Source: Gammaproteobacteria bacterium
GTDB taxonomy: Bacteria; Pseudomonadota; Gammaproteobacteria; UBA4575
Assembly: GCA_965243395.1 (NCBI GenBank)
Contig: CBDEUS010000002.1
Location: forward strand, 1,235,314-1,299,313
Direction: 5' to 3'
DNA length: 64,000 bases
Both the position numbers and the translations under genes were made by a program. Positions 11,168 to 22,703 of this stretch are shown one piece after another. A model generated the notes under the pieces. That model was given only the letters and a program-made list of their open reading frames with translations, ran no database searches and was not told the DNA's origin. Position 1 is the first letter of the stretch. Every line of letters begins with the position of its first letter.

Positions 11168-12586
11168 ATGTCAGTATTTTCAATTATTCCTGTTGTTTTA
11201 TCGGGTGGAACGGGTTCACGTTTATGGCCACTCTCTAGGAAACTTTACCCAAAGCAGTTTATTCCTTTGAATGGAGATAAAAGCCTCTACCAGTCCACAC
11301 TTGAACGAATAGCAGATTTAAATGGCGTCGAGAAAATAATAACAATTTGTAATGATGAACACCGATTTATGGCTGCTGAACAAGCTCGTCAGATTAAAGC
11401 TGGACGTTCTGAAATTATATTAGAGCCTGTTGGGAGAAATACTGCACCCGCAATAACCATTGCAGCTTTGCACGCAGTGAGCACTCAAGATGATGCCTAT
11501 TTGCTAGTGCTTCCTGCGGACCATATCCTTGGTGATAAGAAGAAGTTTGCATTAGCCGTTCAACATGCGCATGAAGCGGCGACTAATAATCTGGTAACTT
11601 TTGGTGTTTTGCCAACCCGTGTTGAATCGGGTTATGGATATATAAAACATGATAACAATACAATTTCAGATAACGCTTTTTCAGTAACGAAATTTGTTGA
11701 AAAGCCCGATCATAAAACCGCTGAAGCCTATCTTAAAAGCGGTAACTATCTTTGGAATAGTGGGATGTTTTTGTTTCGTGCTGAACTTTTATTACAAGAA
11801 ATACAGCAATATCAGCCTGAAGTTTATAATGCCTGCAAACTAGCATATGAAAATAGTGAAAAAGATCTAGACTTTATTCGCCTGCATGAAGAGTTTTTTG
11901 CTTCTGCACCTAATATCTCTATTGATTATGCAGTCATGGAGAAAACAAAAAATGTCGCAGTTGTGTCTTTAGAAAGTGGTTGGAGTGATGTCGGTTCATG
12001 GCATGCGCTGTGGGATTCTTTTGAACATGATGCTAATAGCAATGCTACATATGGAGATGTTGTTGAGGAAGATTGTAGTGGTTGTTTAATTCACGCCAAT
12101 AATCGCTTGGTAGCCGCAGTTGGTGTTAAAGATCAAGTCATCGTAGAAACTGCAGATGCAGTATTAGTAGCGCCACGTGATCGCTCTCAAGATGTTAAAG
12201 AAATTGTTAATACTTTAAAGCTTTCAAAACGTGATGAAGTAGATATTCACCCAAAGGTATACCGACCTTGGGGTGCTTATGAAACCATTGATATTGAGGA
12301 TCGCTTCCAAGTAAAACGGATCACGGTTTATCCTTTACAAAAATTATCTTTGCAAATGCATCATCACCGTGCAGAACATTGGATTGTTGTTAAGGGTACC
12401 GCACGAGTCACTTGTGGAGAAGAAGAATTTATTTTAAGTGAAAATGAGTCTACCTACATTCCCATAGGTACCAAGCACCGCTTAGAAAATCCGGGCAAGA
12501 TCCCACTTGAGCTAATTGAAGTGCAATCTGGTACGTATCTAGGAGAAGATGATATCGAGCGTTTTGATGATGTATATGGTCGTTAA
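11168..12586 (+). CDS. manC: Mannose-1-phosphate guanylyltransferase / mannose-6-phosphate isomerase (ManC/CpsB/AlgA type)
   Basis: GGTGSRLWPLSR..PKQF, EPVGRNTAPA, FVEKP, WSDVGSW, C-terminal cupin HHHRAEHW. Confidence 0.93.
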   Translation: MSVFSIIPVVLSGGTGSRLWPLSRKLYPKQFIPLNGDKSLYQSTLERIADLNGVEKIITICNDEHRFMAAEQARQIKAGRSEIILEPVGRNTAPAITIAALHAVSTQDDAYLLVLPADHILGDKKKFALAVQHAHEAATNNLVTFGVLPTRVESGYGYIKHDNNTISDNAFSVTKFVEKPDHKTAEAYLKSGNYLWNSGMFLFRAELLLQEIQQYQPEVYNACKLAYENSEKDLDFIRLHEEFFASAPNISIDYAVMEKTKNVAVVSLESGWSDVGSWHALWDSFEHDANSNATYGDVVEEDCSGCLIHANNRLVAAVGVKDQVIVETADAVLVAPRDRSQDVKEIVNTLKLSKRDEVDIHPKVYRPWGAYETIDIEDRFQVKRITVYPLQKLSLQMHHHRAEHWIVVKGTARVTCGEEEFILSENESTYIPIGTKHRLENPGKIPLELIEVQSGTYLGEDDIERFDDVYGR

Positions 12587-12661
12587 AAAACTAAGTAGCA
12601 TCATATGATCCAGTGTTCATTGGTAGTATTGTCTATATACTCTCATTAATCTTCTCTACTG

Positions 12662-12691
12662 TTGAGACTAATGCGCACTAGCTGTTATGCT
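12662..12691 (+). promoter_or_regulatory. Possible sigma70 promoter for leuS
   Basis: TTGAGA-18 bp-TATGCT with extended -10 TG, ~35 bp upstream of the leuS ATG; consensus match only. Confidence 0.35.
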
Positions 12692-12724
12692 CTCACGCTT
12701 TTGATATATCACAACTAATCTTAT

Positions 12725-15196
12725 ATGAGTGATTTGTATAATCCGCAAGAAATTGAACGTTCTGTTCAAGAGAGCTGGGAATCACAGCAAGCTTTTAAAG
12801 CAATAGAGAACAGTCAGCAAGAAAAGTTTTATTGCTTGTCTATGTTTCCATATCCCAGTGGCCGATTACATATGGGTCATGTGCGAAATTACACAATTGG
12901 TGATGTCATTAGTCGATATCAACGTATGCAAGGTAAAAACGTTATGCAACCTATGGGTTGGGATGCATTTGGTTTACCTGCAGAAAATGCTGCAATAAAT
13001 AATAAAGTTCCACCTGCAAAATGGACTTATGAAAATATCGATTATATGCGCGCGCAGCTCAAACGATTGGGATTTTCCTATGATTGGAGTCGAGAATTAG
13101 CAACTTGTCATCCTAAGTATTATCGTTGGGAGCAATGGTTTTTTACTAAATTGTATGAAAAAGGCTTGGTTTACAAAAAGAAAGCTACCGTAAATTGGGA
13201 TCCAGTTGATCAAACTGTATTAGCGAATGAACAAGTAATTGATGGTCGAGGTTGGCGCTCGGGAGCAGTAGTTGAGCGTAAGGAAATTGAACAGTGGTTT
13301 TTAAAAATCACGGAGTATGCAGATGAGCTGTTAAACGATCTTGGTAATTTAGAGGGTTGGCCAGAACAAGTAAAAATGATGCAGCATAATTGGGTAGGTC
13401 GATCTGAAGGTGTAGAAATAGAATTTTCTATAGATAACATTAATGGTGATGAACAATCTTCCATAAGAGTTTATACCACTCGTCCAGATACATTAATGGG
13501 TGCTAGTTATGTTGCTATTGCTCCAGAGCATAAATTGGCACAACATGCTGCAAAAAATAATTCAGAGATTGAAGGCTTTATAAATAATTGTAAGCAGACA
13601 AAAGTTTCAGAAGCAGAAATTAGTACATTAGAAAAACAAGGTATTGATACTGGGTTATTTGCAATTCATCCAATTAGCAATAAAAAAATTCCTGTCTGGA
13701 TTGCAAACTTTGTGCTAATCGAATATGGCTCCGGTGCCGTTATGTCGGTACCCGCACATGATCAGCGTGATTGGGAATTTGCAAAAAAATATAATCTACC
13801 AATCATTCCTGTCATCACTAATGAGCAAGATGGTAATTATGCAGATATATCTAAGGGTGCGATAACTGATAAAGGCTGGTTATTTAATTCGCAACAATTT
13901 GATGGATTAAGTTCTGAAAATGCATTTGACGAGATTGCTAAACAGCTTGAAAGCGAGAATAAAGGTAGTAAACAAGTAAATTATCGATTGCGTGATTGGG
14001 GGGTTTCACGTCAGCGCTATTGGGGCTGCCCAATCCCAATAATTCATTGTGATTCTTGTGGCTCGGTTCCTGTTCCAGAACAAGACCTACCTGTTTTACT
14101 GCCTGAAGATATTGATTTTGATGGTGCGAGTTCACCTCTTAATAAACTAGACGATTTTATAAATGTAGAGTGTCCAAAGTGTGGCGCTCCTGCTAAAAGA
14201 GAGACCGATACATTTGATACTTTCTTTGAGTCAAGCTGGTATTTCGCGCGATATTGTAGCGTGGATAATGATCAATCCATGCTTGATGAACGCGCAGAAT
14301 ACTGGCTACCTGTAGATCAATACATTGGCGGCATTGAACACGCCGTTTTACATTTATTATATGCAAGATTTTTTAACAAGCTTATGCGTGACCAGGGTTT
14401 ATTTGAATATGACGAGCCTTTCACTAATCTTTTAACCCAAGGTATGGTATTAAAAGATGGTGCAAAAATGTCTAAGTCAAAAGGTAACACAGTTGATCCT
14501 GAGAAATTAATTAATCAATATGGTGCAGATACTGTGCGCTTATTTGTGATGTTTGCAGCACCGCCCGATCACTCTCTTGAATGGTCAGATACTGCTGTTG
14601 AAGGCTCTTATAGATTTATAAATAAATTATGGAGAATGGTAGAGAGCTTTAAAGAAAATGTAAAAGAGACGCATGAAATTTTAGCTTCAGAGTTAAATAA
14701 GTCGCAAAACAATCTCCATCGCAAGGTTCACGAAACCATTCAAAAAGTAACAGACGACATTGGCAGACGTTATACATTTAATACTGCCATTGCAGCCAAT
14801 ATGGAATTAAGCAATGAGCTGCAAAAGTTTGATGATGATTCAACACAAGGCCGTGCTGTTTATCAGGAAGCCCTGGAGTCTATTGTTCTAATGTTGTCAC
14901 CTATAATCCCTCATGTTTGCCACATATTATGGCAAAAATTAGGTAATACTCAGGCTATACACGAAATTCAGTGGCCTAAGGTTGATACTAATGCACTGAA
15001 AAAAGATAACATTGAATTAGTAGTTCAAGTAAATGGGAAAAAGCGTGCTACTATTAGTGTTGGTTCAAAAACAGATAATAAACAGATTGAAGAAACTGCA
15101 TTAAAAGATGAAAATGTTTCAAGAACTATAGCTGATAAAAATGTAGTCAAAGTTATTATTGTTCCAGGTAGATTAATTAATATTGTAGTGAAATAA
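12725..15196 (+). CDS. leuS: Leucine--tRNA ligase
   Basis: HMGH (HIGH-type) and KMSKS motifs, TTRPDT editing domain, [11 protein letters not shown]. Confidence 0.98.
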   Translation: MSDLYNPQEIERSVQESWESQQAFKAIENSQQEKFYCLSMFPYPSGRLHMGHVRNYTIGDVISRYQRMQGKNVMQPMGWDAFGLPAENAAINNKVPPAKWTYENIDYMRAQLKRLGFSYDWSRELATCHPKYYRWEQWFFTKLYEKGLVYKKKATVNWDPVDQTVLANEQVIDGRGWRSGAVVERKEIEQWFLKITEYADELLNDLGNLEGWPEQVKMMQHNWVGRSEGVEIEFSIDNINGDEQSSIRVYTTRPDTLMGASYVAIAPEHKLAQHAAKNNSEIEGFINNCKQTKVSEAEISTLEKQGIDTGLFAIHPISNKKIPVWIANFVLIEYGSGAVMSVPAHDQRDWEFAKKYNLPIIPVITNEQDGNYADISKGAITDKGWLFNSQQFDGLSSENAFDEIAKQLESENKGSKQVNYRLRDWGVSRQRYWGCPIPIIHCDSCGSVPVPEQDLPVLLPEDIDFDGASSPLNKLDDFINVECPKCGAPAKRETDTFDTFFESSWYFARYCSVDNDQSMLDERAEYWLPVDQYIGGIEHAVLHLLYARFFNKLMRDQGLFEYDEPFTNLLTQGMVLKDGAKMSKSKGNTVDPEKLINQYGADTVRLFVMFAAPPDHSLEWSDTAVEGSYRFINKLWRMVESFKENVKETHEILASELNKSQNNLHRKVHETIQKVTDDIGRRYTFNTAIAANMELSNELQKFDDDSTQGRAVYQEALESIVLMLSPIIPHVCHILWQKLGNTQAIHEIQWPKVDTNALKKDNIELVVQVNGKKRATISVGSKTDNKQIEETALKDENVSRTIADKNVVKVIIVPGRLINIVVK

Positions 15197-15210
15197 ATAA
15201 AAACGAATAT

Positions 15211-15690
15211 ATGTTAAAGTTTGTACCCTTATTTTTTATAATATTGTTAGCTCAAGCTTGTGGTTTTCATTTAGCAGGGGAAGGTGAGTTTAGTGATGAG
15301 GTAAGTAACACACATATTCAAGCACTTTCTTCAAGTAGAGACTTAGTACGCCTAGTAGAAAAAAATTTACGTTCTAATCAGATCAATATTGTCAGTGTAG
15401 AAAATGCAACTGCACTTTTGCGTATTTTAAATGAAGAGACAGAAAGAGTTGTTCTGACATTAGATAATGATGGTAAGGCACGGGAATATGAATTATTGCT
15501 AAAAGTTAGCTTCGATGTAATTCGTCCAGATAACAGTATCTTGTTAAATAAGCAGCAAATAGACCTCAATCGAGACTTTGTTTTTGATAAAAGTGAACTA
15601 TTAGGAACAAATGAAGAGGAACAGGAACTGTTCAACGAAATGCGAAATGACGCAGCAAAGTTAATAGTTTATCGATTGCAAACTATTTAG
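15211..15690 (+). CDS. lptE: LPS assembly lipoprotein LptE
   Basis: Lipobox LAQAC followed by GFHL; directly after leuS. Confidence 0.9.
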   Translation: MLKFVPLFFIILLAQACGFHLAGEGEFSDEVSNTHIQALSSSRDLVRLVEKNLRSNQINIVSVENATALLRILNEETERVVLTLDNDGKAREYELLLKVSFDVIRPDNSILLNKQQIDLNRDFVFDKSELLGTNEEEQELFNEMRNDAAKLIVYRLQTI

Positions 15691-15701
15691 ATGTATTAAA
15701 A

Positions 15702-16580
15702 TTAACTTATTTCACTGAAAATTACTTTTGCTATTGCAGAAGAATCAAGATCACCATTTCCTTTTTCAACTAATTCTTTTAGATATTGTTGCGCCATTTC
15801 CGCACCAGGAATTGTTATATTATTTTGCTCAGCACTTTGTAGTGCAATCCCCATGTCTTTTAGATGTAAGGAAGCTTTAAAGCCGGGTTTGTAATTTCCC
15901 TCTAGCATTCTTTTTCCATGAAGATCTAATACTTTGCTATTGGCGAATCCGCCCAGTAAAGCATCTCTTACTTTGCTTGGGTCTACATTAGAAGACTTTG
16001 CTAGCAACAACGCTTCGGCTACTGCAGAAATTGTTTGTGCGGCAAGTATTTGATTACAAGCCTTGGCAACTTGACCTGCACCATGATCACCAACATGTAC
16101 TATATTCTTCCCTAATATTTTGAAAATGGGTAAAGCTTGATTGAATACATCAGGTTTTCCGCCTACCATGATCGATAATGTTCCATCTATCGCACCCACT
16201 TCACCTCCGGATACGGGCGCATCAAGCATATCAATTTTCTTTTTAGCAAGTTGCTGTGCTAAGGAACGGGTTACTTCGGGTGAGATCGTACTCATGTCAA
16301 TCACTAAGTGACCAGATTGAGCACCATGGATAATTCCATTATCACCGCTAATGACATCTACAACGTCAGGGCTGTCTGCTACACAGATAATGGTAGCTTG
16401 GCAATGTTTAGCAAGCTCTGACGGGCTTTTATAAATTACGATATTGTCTGTTTTAAAAGGCAGTAGAGTTTCAGCGCTTCGAGCAAATAGACCTAGTTGA
16501 TAATCAGCGTCAAGCAAATTTTTTGCCATGGGCTTACCCATGATCCCTAATCCAATAAGACCAATTCGATTAATAGTCAT
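15702..16580 (-). CDS. 2-hydroxy-3-oxopropionate reductase / beta-hydroxyacid dehydrogenase (GarR/GlxR family)
   Basis: GLIGLGIMGKPMA, DAPVSGG, GAGQVAKACNQ, LHLKD motifs. Confidence 0.88.
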   Translation of the reverse strand: MTINRIGLIGLGIMGKPMAKNLLDADYQLGLFARSAETLLPFKTDNIVIYKSPSELAKHCQATIICVADSPDVVDVISGDNGIIHGAQSGHLVIDMSTISPEVTRSLAQQLAKKKIDMLDAPVSGGEVGAIDGTLSIMVGGKPDVFNQALPIFKILGKNIVHVGDHGAGQVAKACNQILAAQTISAVAEALLLAKSSNVDPSKVRDALLGGFANSKVLDLHGKRMLEGNYKPGFKASLHLKDMGIALQSAEQNNITIPGAEMAQQYLKELVEKGNGDLDSSAIAKVIFSEIS

Positions 16581-16678
16581 AATTTAACAAATTTAAAAAA
16601 CATTGATGCATTGCCAAGCTTAGCAGAAATGCTAAAAAGTTTATCAATATTTATTAGTTAGTTTGATTTTATATAAAT

Positions 16679-19231
16679 TCAGCTGGAGCCAGCTTTATCT
16701 TGACTAGTACGGATATCATTAATTACTGAACTCAAAGCTAAATCAAATCGATTACTTTCACTAATGAGATTGCTTCTTCCTGTAGAAAGATCATCCAAGA
16801 ATGTTTCAAGATCAATCTCAAAACGATAATCTCCTGAACGGTCTGTAAAAAATAGTAGTTTATTTTCAGAGTCAGCATTAGAGAATTTGAGTCGGCGTTT
16901 AGCCTTATTTTCTCCTTGAAAGATTTCTAGCCATACACCAGGAATAATGCTCTCAGGAAGGTGCTCTTCTACACTTAATTCAGGTTCTTCATCAAGCTCA
17001 CCTTCCTCAAATTCCATCTCTGAGTCAAATTGATCAACAGAGTCTATGTTTTCTGAAATATCCTCATCGGTTTCATCAGAATCTTCAGTTCTTTCTGAAT
17101 TATCATTTTCATCAGCTTCGATTGTCTCATCATGAACCGATTCTGTTGATTCACCTTCCACAGCAACATGGTCTTCAAGAGTAATTTTTTCCACATCTTC
17201 AACTGACTCTTGATTTTGCGCATCCCCTTCGCTATCAAAAGCTGGGTCAGCTGTATCTGGCACAGATGTTAAATTTTTGAAAAGATGAATTACATTATCT
17301 TGTTGTTCAACATTATCAGTTTCAACATTTTCCTCATTAGTATTTTGCTCTTGTTGAGCAGTCTCTTCACTTTCTCGTTGAATTTTTCTTAAATAGGTTA
17401 AATACCAAACTTCTGCTCCCTCTAAAACTTCCTCAAATTCTTCGTTATGATTTGAGAAATGTTCAAGTTCAGCACGGATATTCTCAAAAAAATCATTCGG
17501 TTCATGAATATATCGATTTATTTCATTAAGAGAATGGTTGCCCTGGGAAACTTCAAGTACTCTGCGCAAGGTGCGGACAGAGTTTCGCCATTCTTTTGTA
17601 GATCTACCATGATTCATATAAACATAAGCCATATGTGGTGCCCAACACTTTAGGCAGAATTCAAGCATTGGATTTGGTATTTCTTTCTTGCGGGTAAACT
17701 TTTTAATTGTATGGATTACAATCCGTTTGGCGGCAGAACGTTGTGATCTTAGCTGGTGATTTTTTTGTTCATTTGCTTGTTTTATAGCATCATTGAGTGT
17801 TTGTGAATCGAGTTTATTGATATCATGAAGCGCGTGATAAAATACTTTCACATCTGTTTCAAAATTATCAGTAATATTTTTTATTATTAATTTTAGTTTT
17901 TTGAATAATTCTTCTTCTTTTCCGCTAACACTAACACCAATAGAAGTAAGCTTATTAAGTAATTGTCTTGCGGGATGTTTAGAATTTTGAAAAAACGTAA
18001 AATCAATCAGTGCAAGTTTAATTGTAGATATCTGTAGTCTCGCTAAAAGCGCTTTCATTGCATCGCATAATGAATCATCTTCAAGAATAACCTGGAAGAT
18101 ATTGCTCACAAAATCGATAACCTTTTCTTCATTATCTACTATTTCAACAGCATCAAGTGCACCTTTTTCATGTAGAGTTCTTCTAACAGCAGTTTTAATT
18201 TGATTGGCTTTGAAAACTGCATTACTCGCTGCTTCAACTTGTTGTACACGTGACAATGCACGTACGAATTGACGCCTTTGTGCAGGTGAAGAATTTGATT
18301 GAGTACCAGGGCTATAAGGTTGTAGCAATAAACCAATGGTAGTCTCATCTAACCCAGTTTGACCCGGGCCATAAACGTCCATTGCAATTTCATCTATTAT
18401 TTCAGTATTGAGAATTTCCGCTTGCTTATTTAGTTGATCACTTACAGGGTCATGCTGCGCTTCAAATTCCTGATTCCACATTTTTTGTTCAACAGGCGCA
18501 AAAAATTGCCCTGTTGACATACTCATAATCGATGAGTCAGTTGCCGCATTTTCAGAGTATTTATTATCGCCTGAGGCCTTGGAACTCTCGTTTGGTTGGA
18601 TTCCAATATCAAGTAAAAATTTTCGCATTGCTAAATAAAAATCATTTAAATTTGGCGAAATATTTTGATATAACAATTTACAAATTAAAATTTTTCCATC
18701 AGCAGGTATATTTAAAGGTGCAATGCAATTTTGAAATAATTTGTAAAAGTCTTGTGGATGTAAGCAATGAGTATTAAATTCTTGATGTGATAAAGATAAT
18801 AACTCTTCTAATTGCAGAATAAGTTGATCAATTAAACCAGCATGTCGATCAACACTGCGATTAATTAATGTATCTATAGCTAGGGCAAGTTCAATCAAGT
18901 CTGTATCCATTGTTTGGATTCCATCTTGATTGATAGTTTGAGAGCGCATAATTCCTGAGTACGATGTATAGAACCGTGACTCTAATTCAACATAAAATTC
19001 TGAAGAGACAATATGTTTACGCTCCAGGAATGTGTCTAATGCCTGATCACTTATTTTACTGGTGGTTTCATTAATCTGCGTTCGGTAATTTCTATCTCCA
19101 GCCATGGAAAAGCTTTCATCTAATATTGCATTGAGAAAGTTTTTTAGATTGATATGGACAATTTCGACTACTTTGTCATAGTCGATACGGCCTTCATTAT
19201 CGAAGATTTCTTGTTGGTTGGATTCAGGCAT
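16679..19231 (-). CDS. DUF1631-like protein with long acidic insertion
   Basis: LLARLQI..IKLALID..FF....HPARQLLN block and C-terminal G.WLEI...RRLKFS...LFFTDRSG segment resemble DUF1631 proteins; 850-aa ORF. Confidence 0.7.
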   Translation of the reverse strand: MPESNQQEIFDNEGRIDYDKVVEIVHINLKNFLNAILDESFSMAGDRNYRTQINETTSKISDQALDTFLERKHIVSSEFYVELESRFYTSYSGIMRSQTINQDGIQTMDTDLIELALAIDTLINRSVDRHAGLIDQLILQLEELLSLSHQEFNTHCLHPQDFYKLFQNCIAPLNIPADGKILICKLLYQNISPNLNDFYLAMRKFLLDIGIQPNESSKASGDNKYSENAATDSSIMSMSTGQFFAPVEQKMWNQEFEAQHDPVSDQLNKQAEILNTEIIDEIAMDVYGPGQTGLDETTIGLLLQPYSPGTQSNSSPAQRRQFVRALSRVQQVEAASNAVFKANQIKTAVRRTLHEKGALDAVEIVDNEEKVIDFVSNIFQVILEDDSLCDAMKALLARLQISTIKLALIDFTFFQNSKHPARQLLNKLTSIGVSVSGKEEELFKKLKLIIKNITDNFETDVKVFYHALHDINKLDSQTLNDAIKQANEQKNHQLRSQRSAAKRIVIHTIKKFTRKKEIPNPMLEFCLKCWAPHMAYVYMNHGRSTKEWRNSVRTLRRVLEVSQGNHSLNEINRYIHEPNDFFENIRAELEHFSNHNEEFEEVLEGAEVWYLTYLRKIQRESEETAQQEQNTNEENVETDNVEQQDNVIHLFKNLTSVPDTADPAFDSEGDAQNQESVEDVEKITLEDHVAVEGESTESVHDETIEADENDNSERTEDSDETDEDISENIDSVDQFDSEMEFEEGELDEEPELSVEEHLPESIIPGVWLEIFQGENKAKRRLKFSNADSENKLLFFTDRSGDYRFEIDLETFLDDLSTGRSNLISESNRFDLALSSVINDIRTSQDKAGSS

Positions 19232-19409
19232 TTCTCTCGTTTTTTCTTATAAATAGCTATATTTTTACAAGAAATAGTGTAGGGTATTCCTGTTAAACAT
19301 AATGATAATTAGTAATCGCTTAATCTAGGCCATTGTGCCGTTCATCGGCTATCATGTACGCTGTAAGATAAGATCATAATCCCAATGCCAGAGTTCCTGT
19401 TTCGTACTT

Positions 19410-20402
19410 ATGCAAATACGGTATTCACAGTTAAAAGACAAATTAACCAAGCCTTTAATTTCGCCCATATTAGTTAGTGGGGATGAGCCTTATCAGCACA
19501 TGCATGCGTGTGATATGTACCGTGCGAGAGCTAAAGCACTTGGGTTTAGTGAGCGAAAAGTTTTGACTGTTGAAAAAAGCTTTGATTGGTCAGAGCTTGA
19601 GCAGGAGAAAAATAATATGTCGTTATTTGGCGAACGTACTTTAATTGATTTACGTATTCCAAATGGTAAACCGGGAGCAGCGGGTTCAAAAGCGATTATT
19701 AATTTTTTAGACGGTATTCACGCAGATGTGATGCTACTAATACAAGCACCTAGGTTAGACCGCAATACAATTAATTCTGCCTGGGTTAAAGCTTTAGATA
19801 AAGTAGGTATGGTATTGCGCATTTGGCCATTGAATGAAAAGGAAACGCGAAGATGGATTCAAGAGAAATTACGTGCGAAAAAACTAATTGCCAGTAATGA
19901 TATTGTAGACTTTATTACTCAACAAGTTGAAGGCAATCTACTTGCAGCAATGCAAGAAATTGAAAAAATATCTTTAATTAGTCAAAGTAATAATTTAGAT
20001 AGAAATGCGATCCATGCGATTTTAAGTAACAGTAGTCACTATTCGCTCAACGAATTGATGGATGTAGTGATAAAAGGCGATGTTGCAAAAATTATACGTA
20101 TTATAGACAGCTTGAAAAAAGAAGATGTGGCACCACCACTTTTACTATGGGGATTAACTGAGCAAATAAGGAAGTTAATAGAAGCTAAACCAAATCAAGC
20201 AGTAATTTCAGCTGATTATAAAAACGCGTTACAAAAGATAAGTTTTTTACATCAAGAAAATACAGACACAAATAGTAAATTAATGATGTCAGAATTATTG
20301 AAAAAATGTGCACATGTTGATCGTGTTATAAAAGGTCGGTCATATGGTGATTCTTGGCACGAATTATTAAAATTGAGTATCGCCACAAGAATTTCAGTTT
20401 AA
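19410..20402 (+). CDS. holA: DNA polymerase III subunit delta
   Basis: [31 protein letters not shown] motifs; near leuS-lptE. Confidence 0.92.
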   Translation: MQIRYSQLKDKLTKPLISPILVSGDEPYQHMHACDMYRARAKALGFSERKVLTVEKSFDWSELEQEKNNMSLFGERTLIDLRIPNGKPGAAGSKAIINFLDGIHADVMLLIQAPRLDRNTINSAWVKALDKVGMVLRIWPLNEKETRRWIQEKLRAKKLIASNDIVDFITQQVEGNLLAAMQEIEKISLISQSNNLDRNAIHAILSNSSHYSLNELMDVVIKGDVAKIIRIIDSLKKEDVAPPLLLWGLTEQIRKLIEAKPNQAVISADYKNALQKISFLHQENTDTNSKLMMSELLKKCAHVDRVIKGRSYGDSWHELLKLSIATRISV

Positions 20403-20412
20403 ATTTTTAATT

Positions 20413-21696
20413 ATGAACATTGCAGTTTCAGATCAAACATCATCCATCAAAGAGTATATTGATGAAGTAACTCAGCGGTCTGCTAATGCACGTGCGGAAA
20501 TAGCTGCTGCTAGTGCTGAAGTGAAAAATCAAGCATTGAGATATATAGCAAACGAAATTCTCGATTCTCGCGAAAAATTAAAGAGTAAAAATATTCTTGA
20601 TCTGCAAGCAGGTAAAGAGCGAGGATTAGCAAGTGCAATGTTAGATCGTTTGGAACTTACGGATGCGCGAATTGAGGCAATGGCTGAAGGGTTAGTGCAA
20701 GTGAGTGAACTACCTGATCCAGTTGGTGAGATGAGCGAAATGAATACACGTCCTTCTGGCATAAAAGTAGGCAAAATGCGTGTGCCGATAGGCGTGATCT
20801 TGATTATTTATGAGTCTCGGCCAAACGTAACTGCAGATGCAGCAGCTCTTTGTATTAAATCCGGTAATGTAACGATACTAAGAGGTGGTTCGGAAGCAAT
20901 ACATTCTAATCAGGCAATTGCCAGCTGTCTTCACAATGGTTTGGAAAAAGCAGGTATATCAAAAGATGTCGTGCAAGTGATTGCTACTACAGATAGACAG
21001 GCTGTCACAGAGCTTCTACATGCAGATGAAGTTATTAACATTGTAATCCCACGTGGCGGCAAAGGTTTGATAGAAAAAATAACACAAGAATCTCGCATAC
21101 CATTAATTAAACATTTAGATGGTGTATGCCATGTATATATTCATGAGGATGCGAATGTGGAAATGGCAACTGAAATAGCCGTAAATGCAAAAGCGCAACG
21201 CTTTGGTGTATGCAATGCTATGGAAACTTTATTAATAGATGAAAAAATAGCTAACCAAATCCTGCCAGATTTAGAGAAGAGATTTAAAGAAAAGCAGGTA
21301 GAGTTAAGAGGGAGCACAAAAACGCAAAAAATCCTACCAGATGTTAAAAGCGCAAGTGAGGATGATTGGTATGAAGAATATTTGGGCCCTGTGTTAGCAA
21401 TAAGAGTAGTAGAAAATATTACTGAAGCAATTCAACACATAGAAAAATATGGTTCACATCATACAGACGCTATCGTTACAGATAATGAAGCAATTGCGCA
21501 ACAGTTCCTACGAGAAGTAGATTCTAGTTCTGTCATGGTCAATGCTTCTACAAGGTTTGCTGATGGGTTTGAATACGGTCTCGGTGCTGAAATAGGTATC
21601 AGCACGGATAAATTACATGCCAGAGGACCCGTAGGTCTAGAAGGTTTGACTACTCAAAAGTTTATCGTACTAGGTGATGGAAACATACGTGAATAA
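20413..21696 (+). CDS. proA: Gamma-glutamyl phosphate reductase
   Basis: IYESRPNVT, catalytic [30 protein letters not shown]. Confidence 0.97.
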   Translation: MNIAVSDQTSSIKEYIDEVTQRSANARAEIAAASAEVKNQALRYIANEILDSREKLKSKNILDLQAGKERGLASAMLDRLELTDARIEAMAEGLVQVSELPDPVGEMSEMNTRPSGIKVGKMRVPIGVILIIYESRPNVTADAAALCIKSGNVTILRGGSEAIHSNQAIASCLHNGLEKAGISKDVVQVIATTDRQAVTELLHADEVINIVIPRGGKGLIEKITQESRIPLIKHLDGVCHVYIHEDANVEMATEIAVNAKAQRFGVCNAMETLLIDEKIANQILPDLEKRFKEKQVELRGSTKTQKILPDVKSASEDDWYEEYLGPVLAIRVVENITEAIQHIEKYGSHHTDAIVTDNEAIAQQFLREVDSSSVMVNASTRFADGFEYGLGAEIGISTDKLHARGPVGLEGLTTQKFIVLGDGNIRE

Positions 21697-21708
21697 TAAG
21701 GCTGGGGA

Positions 21709-22338
21709 GTGATAGGTATATTTGGTGGAAGTTTTGATCCACCTCATTTTGGTCATATCAAGTCTGCATTTGCGTTGCTTGAACAATTTGAATTTGAACA
21801 AATACGATTTGTACCTTGTCAGTTATCTCCACATAAAAATAAAGCGCATGCAAGTGCCCAACATCGTTGGCAAATGCTAAGTCTAATTTGTGATAGCCAT
21901 GACAAGTTAGTGGTTGATGACTGCGAGTTAAAACGAGAAGCCCCTTCTTATACTATTGATACATTAATTGAGCTTCGACAACAGTATGATGAGCAAAAAT
22001 CATTAGTTTTAATTTTAGGAATAGACGCCTACTCGTCATTTTGCCAATGGCATAATTTTGAAGATATCTTATCTTATTCTCATTTAATGCTGTTGCAACG
22101 TCCTGGTTATGCATTACCTAAATCTGGTTGTGAAAAAGATTATATTGATACACGTCTTGTAAAAGATATAAATTTATTAGTGAATAGTGCTAATGGTAAA
22201 ATTTACCTATGTGATATAGAAAAAATAGATATATCATCAACGTCAGTTAGAAAAACTATTTCTAATGGTGAGCAACCAAGATATGCGATACCGGGAAATA
22301 TTTGGAACTATATAAAACGCAATAATCTGTATAGATAA
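21709..22338 (+). CDS. nadD: Nicotinate-nucleotide adenylyltransferase
   Basis: GIFGGSFDPPHFGH, SYTIDT, ISST motifs; GTG start. Confidence 0.95.
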   Translation: MIGIFGGSFDPPHFGHIKSAFALLEQFEFEQIRFVPCQLSPHKNKAHASAQHRWQMLSLICDSHDKLVVDDCELKREAPSYTIDTLIELRQQYDEQKSLVLILGIDAYSSFCQWHNFEDILSYSHLMLLQRPGYALPKSGCEKDYIDTRLVKDINLLVNSANGKIYLCDIEKIDISSTSVRKTISNGEQPRYAIPGNIWNYIKRNNLYR

Positions 22339-22358
22339 TTAATACCAATTACTTACAT

Positions 22359-22697
22359 ATGAAAAATAATAATAGTGTTGAAGTTGCAGTTAATGCGCTT
22401 GAAGAAATGAAGGGTAAAGATATCACAGTAATAGATACACAAGGGAAAACAGATGTATTTGATGCCATGATTATTGTTACCGGAACATCGGATAGACATG
22501 TTAAATCACTATCTGATCGTTTGATAACAGATGCAAAAGAAAATAATCTTGAAGTACTCGGAGTTGAACAAGATCGTTCATGGATATTAGTAGATCTATA
22601 CGATGTTATTGTGCATGTGATGCTGGAAGAAACGCGTGAATTTTATAGTCTAGAAAAACTTTGGCAAATAGGTTCTAGTCAGAAACAAGTTTCATAA
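22359..22697 (+). CDS. rsfS: Ribosome silencing factor RsfS
   Basis: TGTSDRHV, WILVDL.DVIVHVM, REFYSLEKLW. Confidence 0.95.
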   Translation: MKNNNSVEVAVNALEEMKGKDITVIDTQGKTDVFDAMIIVTGTSDRHVKSLSDRLITDAKENNLEVLGVEQDRSWILVDLYDVIVHVMLEETREFYSLEKLWQIGSSQKQVS

Positions 22698-22703
22698 AAT
22701 TCC

